Shown in pieces: positions 25,801-39,027 of a stretch of DNA of 64,000 nt. The stretch's first letter is position 1. Each line of letters begins with the position of its first letter. The notes below the pieces were generated by a model. The model did not search any database. It was not told where the DNA came from and saw only the letters and a program-made list of their open reading frames with translations. A program made the position numbers and the translations under genes. The DNA is taken from NCBI GenBank assembly GCA_051530055.1, contig CM121341.1, forward strand, positions 18,764,784-18,828,783. The letters run 5' to 3'. The stretch is from Neoechinorhynchus agilis. Taxonomy: Eukaryota > Animalia > Acanthocephala.

Positions 25801-26919
25801 CGTAGTATAACACCCTCAAATAAGTGTGGTTCAAATGGTCGTCATGATCTGGCGCGTTTTGTTTAAGTAACTAAATGTTCACTTGAACTGTAATATTTGT
25901 AAAATTGAGCGGGAAAAATTGGTGGCTGATGCCAATTAAGGGGTGGATATAATATTAATGATTGGCCTATGTGACAGTTGGGCAATTACATATAAATGGT
26001 GTAAGCGGTTGTGCGTTATCTTTCTTTGTTGAATTTGACCTGATATGTGTTTCGGTTTTCTCGCAACTTTGCAGGGAAAGATAACAATAATGAATTCAAA
26101 TCTGTTACTGTTTTTCAAAAAGAAAGACTCGTCATATAGAAGAATGTGTTGTATTGGAATTAATTAGCAAGTCCTTATACTATGCTTTTAAATAATTAAT
26201 GAGGGAACGATTTTTTTTGGGCGGGGACGACCCCGCAGATTTACTATTCTATTTTCTAAAATGGTTTATAAAAAGTAATCAAGAAGATTCACAAGCAAGA
26301 CTGGTAAATACTAATGAGTTTGGAACCGTTTCTTTTGAAAATATTTCCAACAAAGATTTGTATGTTTTTTCTAAGATATACATATATATGAATGAGATTT
26401 GAAGTTATGCAGAAAAAGAGTTTATTTTGTTGGGTGCTGATAATGTATTGGAAAGGAACGAATTATCAGTCTCAAATCTTGAAGTGTTGTAGTCAGTGGA
26501 CTATTGACTGTGAAGGATCTAGAAAATATTATGATCCGTTACGATGACGGATTATCTGAAATAACGTGAGAAATGGCGATAGAGACTAAGGCAGGAAATG
26601 ACAAAGGCATCAAGTGCTCTTAGATCCACCAAACACTTTCTTTGGCTTTTCATTGAATGAAGATGGAAACCGGACAAGGTACTAAATAGCAAAAAATTGA
26701 TTGAAGAATTAATACAATAATATAAAATTTATAAGGCGTGCATTCAAATAAATGGACTATGCTCACACTCCCTTAAAGGTAGGCTTTCGGGACATTTTCG
26801 AGATTTTTAAACGGTAAACAAAGAAGTCTTGGCTTATTATAGTAAGTAGAAAAACTATTGTCTGCTTTTTTTAAATAACATGTTTATCGTGTTATTTAAG
26901 AAATTGAACCCATTTACCA

Positions 26920-27150
26920 TTGGGTCATCATAAACACGCGGTTGTTGATTTTTTAGTGGATTACGGGTTCCGTGTGGGTGGGCAAATCATGTCGAGGGAA
27001 GTTCGTTCGGGAGAGAATATGCGGTTGGGGGATGCCCGTTCTGGTGGGGATTTGTGGATATTGTTTGCAGGGAGCTTGTGGGGTTGGTTCTTTACTCAGG
27101 TGCATTCATCAGAAGTAGATCATTTAATGTCGATTCGGGGGCCTTGAATA
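26920..27150 (-). repeat. Dispersed repeat, probable LINE 3' region
   Basis: Shares ctgcaaacaata..cca..aatcccacc.gaacgg and aaaatc(g/a)acaaccgc with 24385-24650 and 32380-32900. Confidence 0.6.
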
Positions 27151-28860
27151 TTTTCATGCTCAAATTCCACCTTCATATTGGATGGTCATGCGAGGACTCG
27201 TTTACGTTGGTAATAATCCGTTTTCAAATTTGAAATTGATGTTGAACTTTATTCTCTAAGAAGAGTGCCCTAAAAATTATATATGAACGGAAAGCAAAAA
27301 CAGTCATACGTTTGAATGGATTTATTCCATTGAATGTAATTATAGTGCGATTAAAATATTTAAAAACTAAGGCGATAGCCCCGAGGTTTGCAATTTTAGA
27401 GCTTCCAACTTGGTGATTATTTCTAAAAAATAAAATGAGCTAACCGTGTGCGAATTTCATTATAATGTGCTATGTAGCACGCAACTGATGCAAGAGAAAG
27501 AATAAATATAAAATTTGTACAAGTAAATTAAAATGGTATAACTAAAAAGAATTATACGATAATTCTTAAAGATGATATTAACAAACAAAAGCAATTTTAA
27601 ATCAGTGTAATATTGAGTATGTTAAGCTGAAATCTGAGTTACCGGCGAAGGCAACGTGAAATAAATTGGAATACGCTCTTCACGCAATTCATTAGAATTC
27701 AAACGGTTGAAAAAATCAATATTAAATTGTTAGTGATAATGTAACAGAACGGAATGCAGTAGAAAATAGACAATATTCTTTCGCATGGATAATACTAAGG
27801 TTTTGTACCGGTGAGCGTTGTGACAAAAACAAGCAGTAATGTTGCTCCGATATAGATTCAGCCATCTACCCGGTCTTGTCGGTTCAATAAGCTTTCTTAT
27901 TTAGAAAAAAGGATCGTTTATATGTTGAGATAAGTGATAAAACAAATGACAATCTGCGAAACAAATTTCATAATTCTATTGTCTAAAATCAATTCGTTCT
28001 TCGGTAAATCGGCACCACTTCACCCATCCGATACCGCAATTTAAATTTTCACTCTCGGTCCATTACATTCCTTACTCTTTCAGCTTCTTTACCCCTCACA
28101 CACATTTCCAATCCATCATTTCTTACTTTGTCACCTGTTCGTCTCATTTCAACCTCAAAGCATTATCACCCTTCCAGCTTTTGTGTTGTTTTTTCTCTTT
28201 TTCTCATGCTGAAAAGTTTCTTCTCCCTCTTACCGCCCGCCAACTTTGCCCTTTCTAATGATCAATCTCATTTACCATCAATAATTTATCTCATTTCCCT
28301 TGTATCCCTCCTTTCCACAATTTAATATGCTATCCCACTTTTCCAACCCCGTTCCCCATTCAAACCTTCCCGATTTCATCCACTTTTAAAAGATTAAAAC
28401 TGTTTCCATTTCTGCCGCTTTCCTCCTTCTTTAACTTTTCCGAGCTTTCACCCATTGCCCCCCGTTTTCACCCATATTTCTCTCTCCTGCATATTTCCAC
28501 CAATTGAACTCCTTCGTCCCGTTTTCATTCTCCTGTCTAATTTTTATCTCTATTACGGCTCATTATTTCCTTATTAAATTCAATTGTTTGACCATTTTCT
28601 TGGATCTCCATTTTATCTCTTCCCCGCTTTCCGCCTTTCTTTTTTCTATCATTTTTTCCTTCTTTTTCAACGTTCTCATGCCATTTCCACATTTTTCCAA
28701 TTTCATTCCTCCATCGTTTCCCCTTGATAGACTCATGTTCCTCTTTCCACTTTATTCGCTCGAACTTTTCACCCAACAGTTTTCGATTTTATCACCACTT
28801 TGCGACTGCTTTTCCACGCCCTTCTGACACTATTTCGTTCAATTCTATTTCCGAACTAAA

Positions 28861-30459
28861 GATGACCAGTGAAGACGATATTGACTTGTCCGAATCAGCA
28901 CTGGAACGCGTTCTATCATTTTTATCTCCGAGTGCTACATCAAAGCTATCGATTGGTGAAATAATGGAGAAAGCAGCAGCTCTTATCGAGAGTGAAAAAA
29001 ACACATATTCATACATCGATATAAAATTTTCTCTGATTTACGAACACGCCCTCATGACTCGCGATTGGCTCTGCTTGATTGAGTGTCGAATTCTTGCAAT
29101 GTATTTAATTCGCTTCTGTTTTTTACCTCACTTGAAAACTTTGGAAAACCCAATCATGTGCCGATTAGTGATTTCGATGCCATAAATGGTGAAATCTCAC
29201 ACCGTATAGTCTTAGGTGCGAGAAATCTACATTTTACGGACAACCTCCTGACATGAGCGAACTTTATTCGCTAAAGTCAATAATGGACGACAATGCAAAG
29301 TTTATTGACGTTGATTCAACAGTTGCGAAATTTTGCGATTCACTCATCATTCTTGATGAAGTTAAAATGACGACTTTTCTCAAAAGGATTTGGTGACGAG
29401 TAGTAAAGTCGCCATCATAAAAAAGAGCTCAAATCAATTTTTATAGATGGCTTAGGACAGGACGCTTATAGGAATGTTGTCAAAAATTTTAATAACTACA
29501 CTCCATGCGTTACGCTGGTGGACTGCAACCAGTCGGCGCTAAGTCACCGCGATTATCAGCGTGATCGACTGGAATATTTTAAGAAAATCGCCAGCGGTCC
29601 AAGAGCCCCTCTTTTCCATTCTTTTAAATCAGCATTGATACCGTAAGTGCCTCATCCGGCGGGAGAAAGTAGTTGCAATTTCCTTCTTTAGACTGCTGCC
29701 GCCGCTGTTTCCCATAAGTCCTCTTCAATTCATGATTCCATTAAAGACTCCAGATATTGAACCAATTTGGCATGATGGAATTTTGGATGAAATCAGATTG
29801 AAAGATGCCGAGGAAGCAAGACGACTAATTAACGAAGCAACCAATAAGTGCCTTCCAATGGAGAAATCATCTAATTTAATGAGTATGCACCTTTTCCACC
29901 AATTTTCACTAAATAATCGCAATCCCTAGAGTACCTGAACGTAATCCTTTCAAGAGAGTTAAATGCTCGTTTCCTCTGTCGTCCACCAAAACCTCTTGAA
30001 AAATTAGGATTAGACATTGATACGGCTAGGAAAGTACTCGCTAGGAATTTCAACCTGATGGCGGATATTCTTATAATTTGTATAAAAAATCGATATGACA
30101 CGAGGAAATATTTGAATTCTTTGTGCTGCGACAGTGTGACTATAAACAGCCTGGAACTTTTTCAAAGGATTTATGAGAATGCTAAAATTCCTAGACACAC
30201 AATCGACGAGTTTGTCAGTAATGCTGCAGTTCAAATAACGAAAATGTTTAAGTCAAATGATCAAATGGAAGACATTCGGAAATATACAGACGTATTTTTT
30301 TCGATTCTAACAGCTATCCTAGCAAACGAGCCCAAAAGCCTAAGTGCTGGCAGCCGAAACGATGTTGAAAGCCTAATGTTTAACAGTAAAGTTCTTAGTG
30401 GACACGAGGATATTTACGCCACTCTTCAGAAAACAATTTTAACCGGTTCAGACGATTAA
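28861..30459 (+). pseudogene. CNOT11-like (CCR4-NOT subunit 11, DUF2363) gene with frameshifts and stops: pseudogene or assembly errors
   Basis: RPPKPL...RNFNLMADILI...TINSLELFQRIYENAKIPRHTIDEFVSN..YTDVFFSIL resembles the CNOT11 C-terminus (RPPPPL; SMEVVNRL..LPPEFIHLYISN). One likely GTAAGT...AG intron near 29642-29690. The middle region changes frame. Confidence 0.5.
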
Positions 30460-30644
30460 TCCCTCTAACGTGTTATCTATTTTACGCCACTGAAGTGTGA
30501 TTAGTAAATTTGGTGTCAACTTCCTGAACAGATGGAGGAAGCAATGCATGTCTCAGCCACAGCTGATAATTTTCATTGCGCACACAGTAAATCGATCTGG
30601 GTCAGAGAAATGATTGAATCACTTAGAACATTAGTCATAAAGGT

Positions 30645-30770
30645 GGGGCACATCAGTGAGTTTCGTTCCTTCAGCGGTATTTCGCCCCCCTTTGTTATAA
30701 GTCGTCTGCGATAATGGACCTCGAAAAATTCGACCCAATAACAGGGATTCAAGCCTCAAGTTCACTATAT
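30645..30770 (-). mobile_element. Copy 3 of the hammerhead SINE-like repeat; truncated, with compensatory stem II
   Basis: GGGGC GAAA TACC GCTGAAGGAACGAAA CTCA CTGATGT GCCCC; the cleavage-site segment is missing. Confidence 0.7.
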
Positions 30771-30820
30771 CATTTTGACAACTACGGAATGTGCAAACTC
30801 AGTTAGATTTAAACCCCGAG

Positions 30821-30915
30821 AGGGTACGAAATACCGCTGAAGGGAGGAAACTCAGTGACGAGTCCCTCCTCCTGGAGGTACATGAGGATCTGTAGCGATG
30901 TATAAACTCTTAACC
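30821..30915 (+). mobile_element. Copy 4 of the hammerhead SINE-like repeat; core degenerate
   Basis: agggtac gaaa tacc gctgaagggaggaaa ctca gtgacga gtccc tcctcctgga ggta ca tgag. Confidence 0.8.
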
Positions 30916-31074
30916 TGCAATCCGAAACAGATATCGTATCCGAATGGTGCCCACTCCCAATTAATTCGGACAAATGACGTTTTACTGTAATTTGATTGAA
31001 GTCTGAGGCGCTGCAATCTGTGAGTAATAATAACACGTTTATTTGATAATCCACAAAGAATAGCACCCACGACG

Positions 31075-32610
31075 TACTACAGTATCTCAAGAAATTACCT
31101 CGAAATTTGTCCTCCCAATACCAAACTGGGCTCTTCGCTACATCATCCCCGAACTCACCGACTCTCTTACCCACATTATAAACCCCAACTTTTTATATGG
31201 CATCAACCCCTCATGCTTGAAAACTGCTAAAGTTATTCTTGTTCCAAAAAAAGGACATCCTACTTCGGCCGAATCATTCCGTCCAATTTCCATTCTACCC
31301 GCTCTTTCAAAAATCATCGAAAAATGTTTAAAATCTCGCCTTTCACTTCTCAACGAAAAATTTTCGCCCCTACAATTTGGCTTCCGACACAAATTTTCTG
31401 CAACCGATGCCCTACTTTGATTTTATGACACGCTTCTACGTAACCTCGACAATAATCCCTCCCACGTCATCCGTCTCATTCAACTTGATTTATCGAAAGC
31501 ATTCGACTCCGTGGACCATACACTCCTTCTCAGGGCCTGCTCCGATTTTGGTCTCAACTCGTGGCAGATCCGCTGGCTCGAATCTTATCTTTACAATCGC
31601 AGACAATACATCAACTGACGTTCTACCTCTTCTATCAACCTATCCCTCTTCAAAAGCGTAAAGGTGTTGGTCTGTCACCACTTCCCTTTAATATTTTCAT
31701 AAACGACCTCCTCTTCTTATACACCGACGATATCACCCATTCACCACCCCACCTCCCTCTCCTTAACCTCTAACGGAATCACACACCTAAAAATTTCTGC
31801 ACCAATCACAAACTCCACCTGAATTTCTCTAAATGCTTCGAAATGATCACCTCTCTTTCCCGCAACCCCACATCATCCCCTGAGCTTCTAAATGACATTC
31901 TACGAGTAACCTCCTTAAGAATTTTGGGTATCCAATTTCAATCAAATTTGAAATGGGACTCGCACATCACTCTCTCCCTCAAGCACAACACCTTTAAAAT
32001 TTATCTCCTCAAACGCCTCCGACATTTAGAAATCCCTTCACCCGATCTCTACAAATTTTACTTCTGCTTTATTTTACCTACCCTCAACTACGGTTATCCC
32101 GTATTTTGCAACCTTTCCAAATCTCAAATCGGCCGTCTTGAAATTCTTCATAAAAGAGCATCTAAAATTTGCACTGCTGACTTTCCCCTCTCACCGAATG
32201 CCTTGATGCTATTTTCATAAACAATCAAAACGCCTATGAACTCTACCACCACAATTTCTACCACACATCGCCCTCTTTTCTCATGGGAACGACACTGTAA
32301 TACTAATCCGTTTTATCCTCCTCTAGCTCGTGCCTCCCTATATCTACGCTCCTTTTTCCATGCTACCCAATCTTTTCGAATATCAGAACTTGAAATGAAC
32401 GGGAGAAAAGACCAACCTTACAAACGCTCCTGCAAACAATAACCACCAATTCCCACCAGAACGGACGTTCCAACCCGACCGGATATTCTCAAACGAAGGT
32501 ACATCCCCCGCTGGATGGTTCCCACCTGAATGGTCATCCCTCCGACCAGATATTACCACCCGAGCGGACATCCCTCGACTGGATATTCCCATCCTAACGG
32601 ATGCGCTTTT
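31075..32610 (+). mobile_element. 5'-truncated L2/CR1-type LINE (RT) with 3' repeat region
   Basis: KVILVPKKGHP..FRPISILPALSKIIEK, QFGFR, QLDLSKAFDSVDH, LRILGIQFQSNLKWDSHI. Confidence 0.85.
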
Positions 32611-32639
32611 TTGAACAATTATGAATTCGAATGCTTATG

Positions 32640-32900
32640 AGGAACCAAAGGTACATAGGTCCTCCAATTCTTTGTATTTTTCAACAATAAACGTGTTATT
32701 ATTATGAGTCTTCATAGACACTCGAGTTCTGATTTTTTTAAATGAATGCGGTTGTCGATTTTGGAGTAGATTACGGGTTCGGTCGGGTGGGAATTTCCTC
32801 TCAGAGGAATGTCCGTTCGGGTGGGATTGGTGGTTATTGTTTGCAGGAGAGTTTGTGAGGTTGGGTCTTTCCTCTGGCCCATTTCGGGTTATAATATCCG
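32640..32900 (-). repeat. Second copy of the LINE-associated 3' repeat, tail-to-tail with 32380-32610
   Basis: The minus strand contains gaaagacccaacct.acaaac.ctcctgcaaacaataaccaccaat, as at 32407-32453. Confidence 0.7.
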
Positions 32901-33522
32901 AGAAGATTGGGAATATTTGATTATAAAACTTTTTCACAATGTCGATGACATCAATAAAACATGTTTAGTGAATTTTTGAGTGGGAGAATCGGAAAAATTG
33001 TAATAAAAAAACTGGTCAAGGCGTCGATCACTCCAAAAAGATTCCAAATCTCATCCACATAAGTAAATTCACTTGAACGGCCTGATCTACGATCCTATCA
33101 ATTCGTACAATTTGCATTCTTCACTCCAAGCGACGTCACATGCCGAACTGATGTATCGACTACATTAACCACCCATAACAAATTTTTATCATCGAAAAAT
33201 GCGCTTTCTCAGATGCTACCACACCCAATGCCGTCATCGGGAAACACCCCAGAGGTGACTATTTACTGTCAACAAATGTTGAAATATCCGCTCTGCGCCT
33301 GATGTCGACTTTTGCTGCACATCCGGAAATGCTAGATGCCGTGCGACCAATGGCTGTAAATAATTTTGAAATTTCACCATTCTGTTTGCAAAATCATGCC
33401 TTTGAATCTTTTTATTGTTCTATTTTAATTCGAAAATTAAACAAATTTTTATGATCGGCTTACGGGTTTGGCGATCCAGCGCACTCGAGCATAAAACCTT
33501 AATGTGTAAAACCCATTTTTAG

Positions 33523-33560
33523 ATAACTGACGAGGCGAGGTTACTTCGCGAAATATTTCC
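33523..33560 (+). ncRNA. Minimal hammerhead-like motif (family shared with 51690 and 56246); stem I disrupted
   Basis: ATAA CTGACGA G GCGAGG tta CTTCGC GAA ATAT T. Confidence 0.5.
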
Positions 33561-36169
33561 AATAAATCAAATAGGTTATGACCGGGAATATTTTCACCAA
33601 AAGTATACTTTGATTAACCCGAAGGATTTTCTATCAATGAAAAGTTTTATTCTTAAAACCAATCCAGGGATTGCATCAAAAGGTTTGGTGTGATTTGCGG
33701 ATCCATTGACCAATTTAAGTCCTGAAATTCGTTTAAACTCTTTATAGACAGCATTTTATTTGATGAAAATTAAGCGCAATTAGGACATTGGATATGCGAA
33801 ACACTGTATTGATTTTGCAAAAATAAAGTACGCGTAACGCTCAACCTGATACTTCATTGCCTAATAAATCGAAGTTTGGCTCATAAAATGTTGAGATACT
33901 GAGTTCGGAATGCTGTTTTCCGCCTGCCATTCTGCGAGACGCTAATCGATATCTTTGAACCGTTGATTGGCTCGTTCTATTAAAAAAATTATGACTAATC
34001 CGGATAAACAGGCAAGCAAAAATAACGAAATGGTACCGATCAGAGCATATGCCAAATTGTAGGGATTACACAAAGATTGGAAACTGGAACAATTATTATT
34101 ACCGGACTCGATTGATTTCTGTAAACGATTTTATGCAGATGGGAGTATACTTTAAAAAAATATTTCGACAGCGATCGCTGGTTTAGTTTATGTTGTCATG
34201 GCGATTTGTACTCTGCACGTCCTTAAATTTAAGGGCAGTACACGATAGCTCTCAAACACACTTTTAGTATGAAAGTAGCTTAAATCCTATGCTTTCACGA
34301 TGAACGATTGTTAAAATTTCGTTTGACTTATTGTTAAGAAAGTTCTTAGGCGATGAACAGGGGCTAAGTTTTTTATTTAGAACGAAACCCATTTTGTTAC
34401 AGCTATATACGCTTTTCGAAAAATTTGGTTATCTTCAACTGGACCGAATTGACTGAGCGCCAGATAATTGAAATTTGTAAGCTGCAAAGAAAACCGATCT
34501 TAAACATTAGATTGTTCCAGCGATCACTAAAAACTCAAGAAGCTGAATAATTTTTGCGCTGGTATTAAATGGCTGGTATTTATTTTACACTTTAGATTCT
34601 TTGCGTCCGTTGAAGTAAAACTGCAGCTATATTGCGTGCCTTTACGCGAAGTGAATTCGGAGTGTTGCAATTTAATTAGCAACGAGACCGTGCTTCTTAT
34701 CGTAATATAAAAGTGAAGATTTATTCGAAGATCTTAAAGCTGCTCTGTAATGACTCCAATTCTCATCTCCTTCAACCAAGCTCTATACAAACTGAAACTT
34801 ATAAGACCAGTCAAGGCAAAACATGTGATCCGTCGGATTCTCGGTCTATATCGTTCCAAACCCAATATCAGAAAATACATTCTGGTGGAATATTTTGCAG
34901 GCGTTGGGCGTTATCTAAGCGATTCCGAGTATGTGTTTCCGAACTCTGAAGGGATTTTTCAAGGCAACTGCTTTTTTGTCATCGAAGAAGTTAGGTGCAG
35001 AATGCAGAACTATGGCACGAAAATCGAGTTTTTGCTTTCACAGATTCTACTTGAACTCAAGCACAATAACGAAATCGTTTCACACATCCGTCAAAGAAGA
35101 ACGGTTTCGCACGGTCGGATAAACACAGTGGCTGTTGACTCGGCTTACGGAAGCAGTAATTGAGCATGAGTTTTTGTTTCTATTTTGCCAAGAAAATGCG
35201 CTTTTAAATTTTGTGAATATTGTTCCCGTATCATGGGCGTTAATCTCTGGGATGTAAAAGGTGCCGATGTATGAGAGATTTGCAACTTAAATGTTTCTGT
35301 GACGGCAATTATAGACTTCTTGTGATTGTTTTATGGATAAGATGAGAGACACTTACACGGGTGGGGACCATGAAATCTTGAAATTAAAGTGCTTCAATAA
35401 TAACGCTTTAACTTGCAATTGATAAGCATCTATGACTTTTATGGCTTACATTAGACCACAATTCGTAGCTTATAGCCGAGTGCTGTATGTCGAATATTCG
35501 CGAAAAATTCTGATTCGTTTCCAAACCTAAAAAGAATATTCTATTGATCTCGCTCATTAGTGTTTTTCTAAATGAGTAAATTTTGTAAGAGGGATGAGAA
35601 CCGTTTTCTGCAAATTTATTGTAAAATTCACCGGTTCAATTGCATACTTTAAAATATATTGATAACTTTGTGCGTTCAACTAAAAAACTTCCGATTTCTG
35701 TGTTTGCAAAATAAAAAATGTCATCAGCATATATTAATGGGATTATGTGTCTTGATTTATTCATTTTCTTAAATATGCACATCAAGATTAACATGAATAG
35801 CGTTTGGGAGAGAGATAAACCCTGATGGACAATGTACTTAGTTTAGAAACAAGTGCTGTCAGGGTCAACTTCATAGTAAAAAGATTTTGTTTCTAAAAGA
35901 CAGTCAATTTTGATTGATTTAGGAATTTCCGATTAACTGAATCAAAAGCTTTGTTAATAAAAGGAGTGGACGCTTCTCCATGGGACAAAAACATGAAAGT
36001 AGTAAAATAATTGATTCTACGGGACTAAAACTTAAAAGGCATTCAAGGCAGCAAAATCATTTCCCATTCACGTTGCATTTATCAAACGTAGTCACAGCTC
36101 CGGCATTGACAAGCAAAAATGAACTGTCGCGAGAATATTTTAAAGGACGACTAAATCTAAGGAAATTTT

Positions 36170-36572
36170 AAATCTGGAATCAGCAGAATCAGCCTTGCTT
36201 TTAAAGCTTTTCAGCCTCACCGATCATGATAATGAATAGCAGATATCGGTTCAAGACTTGAAGCTATTCGTTTCATCACTGATTAACCAAGAAATCAATG
36301 ACGAAAAAATACTTAAAAGAACAATGCAACTGATTGGTATCGATCAACGTGGATTTATTTCCTCCAAAGCGTTTCTAGATTTTGTCCAACACGGGTCACA
36401 AAACGTAAAGACTAACGATGACACTGCATTTATAAAATTGTTCGAATATTTGGATGTGGACAACGATGGGGTGATAAGCCAAGATGACCTAGAAAGATCT
36501 CAAGCAAGCTGATTTCAACAGAGATGGATACATTGACATTGGTGAATTTAAGAGGTTATACAGATACGTGTA
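36170..36572 (+). pseudogene. Calmodulin-like EF-hand pseudogene (copy A)
   Basis: Compared with 44431-44880: ATG changed to CTG, an in-frame TAG near 36238, and a 50-nt frameshifting deletion after GAAAGATCTC. Confidence 0.85.
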
Positions 36573-37702
36573 AGATTATTTTACGCTTAATTGAACCCTA
36601 AAATCATTTTTCTGTTTGCAGTGTTGTCAACATTTCGGTGTCACATTTATTATCAACAGAGAGCAAAAATTACTATGCCGATTTTAATATCGAATTCTTC
36701 TAATTAAGACAAGATTTAACAGCAAGGTTACTTGCGAAGCGCAGTTTACACAAATCGTTTTTTAAAAAAACCATTTCACGAAATGAATTAACCTCGGTCT
36801 GCGTCAATGGAACTATCTAAACATAAACGGGACTGCAGTTGTGGTGATAATAATCCTGGATAAAACATGTTTTATTGAATCGAAAAGTGTTTAATCACCA
36901 ATTTATTTTGCTTTGATAATAAACGGGACTTGATCAAGTAAAAAGAGCGCAAAAGTTACATCTTCTAAACAAAGCTTAAAATCTATTACATCTTAACGAT
37001 AAAATAACTTGAGAATAATATCAATAAATTAAAGAATATTCAAAATCCTAACCATAAGCATTGCGATCAAAAGGATGGCAATAAATTTTGTTTGCCACAC
37101 ATAACCAACATGAAAATAAATCACGGAACGTTACCGTATTTAACGCAAAATATTGAGCGATATAGCCGCTGTTTTTGTGAATTTTGTTTTCCAAATCCTA
37201 CAAACACCGTATCCCATGAGCGTTTAGGCATTCTAATCGGCTATGCATGAATCGGTATTGGCAATACCCGTATAAATACCTAGCCGATCATTCCCTGCAC
37301 ATACCCAGTGTGATACAGTACCTAGCGATAGCGCCACCTTCCAGCACTGATCATGATTCGCAATTGGTTCCGGCGAAAAATCTCCTTCATAACTTTTGTT
37401 GCTAGAAATAGTAATTACTTTTGCTCGATCCAATGAGTAAATTTTAGTTAATGGGGGATAGATTGAAATTTTTTCGTGATAAAACGTCGTTTAAAATTTA
37501 GGGCAGTTAACACTCCTTTTTTTACTGCCACACAACATTGAGTACGTATCCCTTAATTGGTTAGGCAAGATAAGAAAATATTTGCGGATAGCTGATATTA
37601 CTTTGGCTTATATGGAACCAATAGAAGGTTTCAATTCGAGAATCTCTCATCGATAATACTTCTTTATCTTTGAATCTTAAATTAGATTGTTCTTCAAGTG
37701 TT

Positions 37703-38570
37703 ATGGAAGCACACAACACCAACGGAAATGATAATCTTAACAACGACAACATTCAAAACCAAGAGCAGTCTCCTAACAATGCCCCAACACCTATTGTTCA
37801 TCGGACAAACTTAAGTGGTCAGTATATATACTTTGAATATTCATCACATCTAATGCACTAATTATTGAAGAAAACTGTTGTGGCATTTGTAAGGATAAAT
37901 CATCTGGCCGTCATTATGGCATTAGAGCCTGTGAGGCGTGTAGGGCATTCTATAAACGCTATCTGAGAAGTAGGTACTTAAATGTTTTTTGCAAAGTAAG
38001 ATATAAGATTTAGATAACCGAGCTTATGTGTGTTACAAAGAGAATGAATGCGTTATTAATAGCGAAACAAGAAGAGATTGCAAGGGCTGCAGGTTAACGC
38101 TTTGGCGAAATGCTCGTCTGCACCTAGGAAACCGGCAAATTCCAAATGCAAACGCCAATGGAAACGCGAATAACAATCAAGATAGCATTCCGAACAATGT
38201 TATTCAAGAACGATCCGCCAATGAAGTTCGAGATTCTAACGGTTAGTCGCGTTCACAAACTTCTAGATACAATCACCCAACGGTGTTTTCATCATTAAAT
38301 TAGGCAAATTGTGTGAGATATGCAAGGATGTAGCCGCTGGACGCCACTACGGCGTAAACGCATGCGAGGCATGTAGAGCGTTTTACAAGCGCCATTTTAA
38401 AAGTATGCTTTATATCGATTTAATTTTTGTTTATTAAGTTCATTTTAGAGCCGATAACCCATGAATGTGTTTCGAATAGTACCTGCACAATCAATAAAAG
38501 TACAAGAAACGACTGCAAGTCTTGTCGATGGAAGATGTGGCAAGATGCAATTAGCAAACTGGAATTATAA
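37703..38570 (+). CDS. Nuclear-receptor-type protein with two C4 zinc-finger DNA-binding domains and no apparent LBD, 220 aa (copy A)
   Basis: Exons 37703-37817, 37871-37969, 38014-38241, 38304-38402 and 38449-38570 with GT-AG introns join in frame. DBD1 [27 protein letters not shown]...CKGCR; DBD2 [27 protein letters not shown]...CKSCR; then TAA. Confidence 0.8.
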
Positions 38571-39027
38571 TTTCACAGTTATGATGATAAAAATGTAGAT
38601 CGGCTCCAGCTCGTTTTGAACAATTATAGCTTCTAAACGGCATACACGAGCCGCTCGTTAGATGACAACAACATATATTCATTTCTTTACAAATATCACA
38701 AGTAAATGTATATTCATTGAGTGATTTATTTGGGCATTAAACGGTTACTCAGTCGACTGATGAGCTGGAATTAGACGTACAGTTCACAATTGATAATAGC
38801 TAAACTTTTTTAAGGTCACTTATAAGAACATTTCACTTGAAAGGTGTCTAACACAAGAGTTCTTTGAGAAGTCTTTTCGCGTAAAGATAAAATCGAATCA
38901 AAGCCCGGAGAAAATTCAGCAACTATCTTAAACCTGAATAAAAAATCTATTCTTGTGCTTAGATGGCCACTTTACCTCGAAAACATATTTAGTATCTTAC
39001 CTAGGTTTCCTCTTAAACTGGATAAAA

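Noticed and set aside
24720-26900. Additional genes or DNA transposon remnants
   Set aside because: Short open stretches only, with no diagnostic motif apart from the LINE fragment at 25480-25800.
34750-35163. 137-aa ORF as a host gene exon
   Set aside because: Plausible composition, but no recognisable family and no linked exons that I could support.
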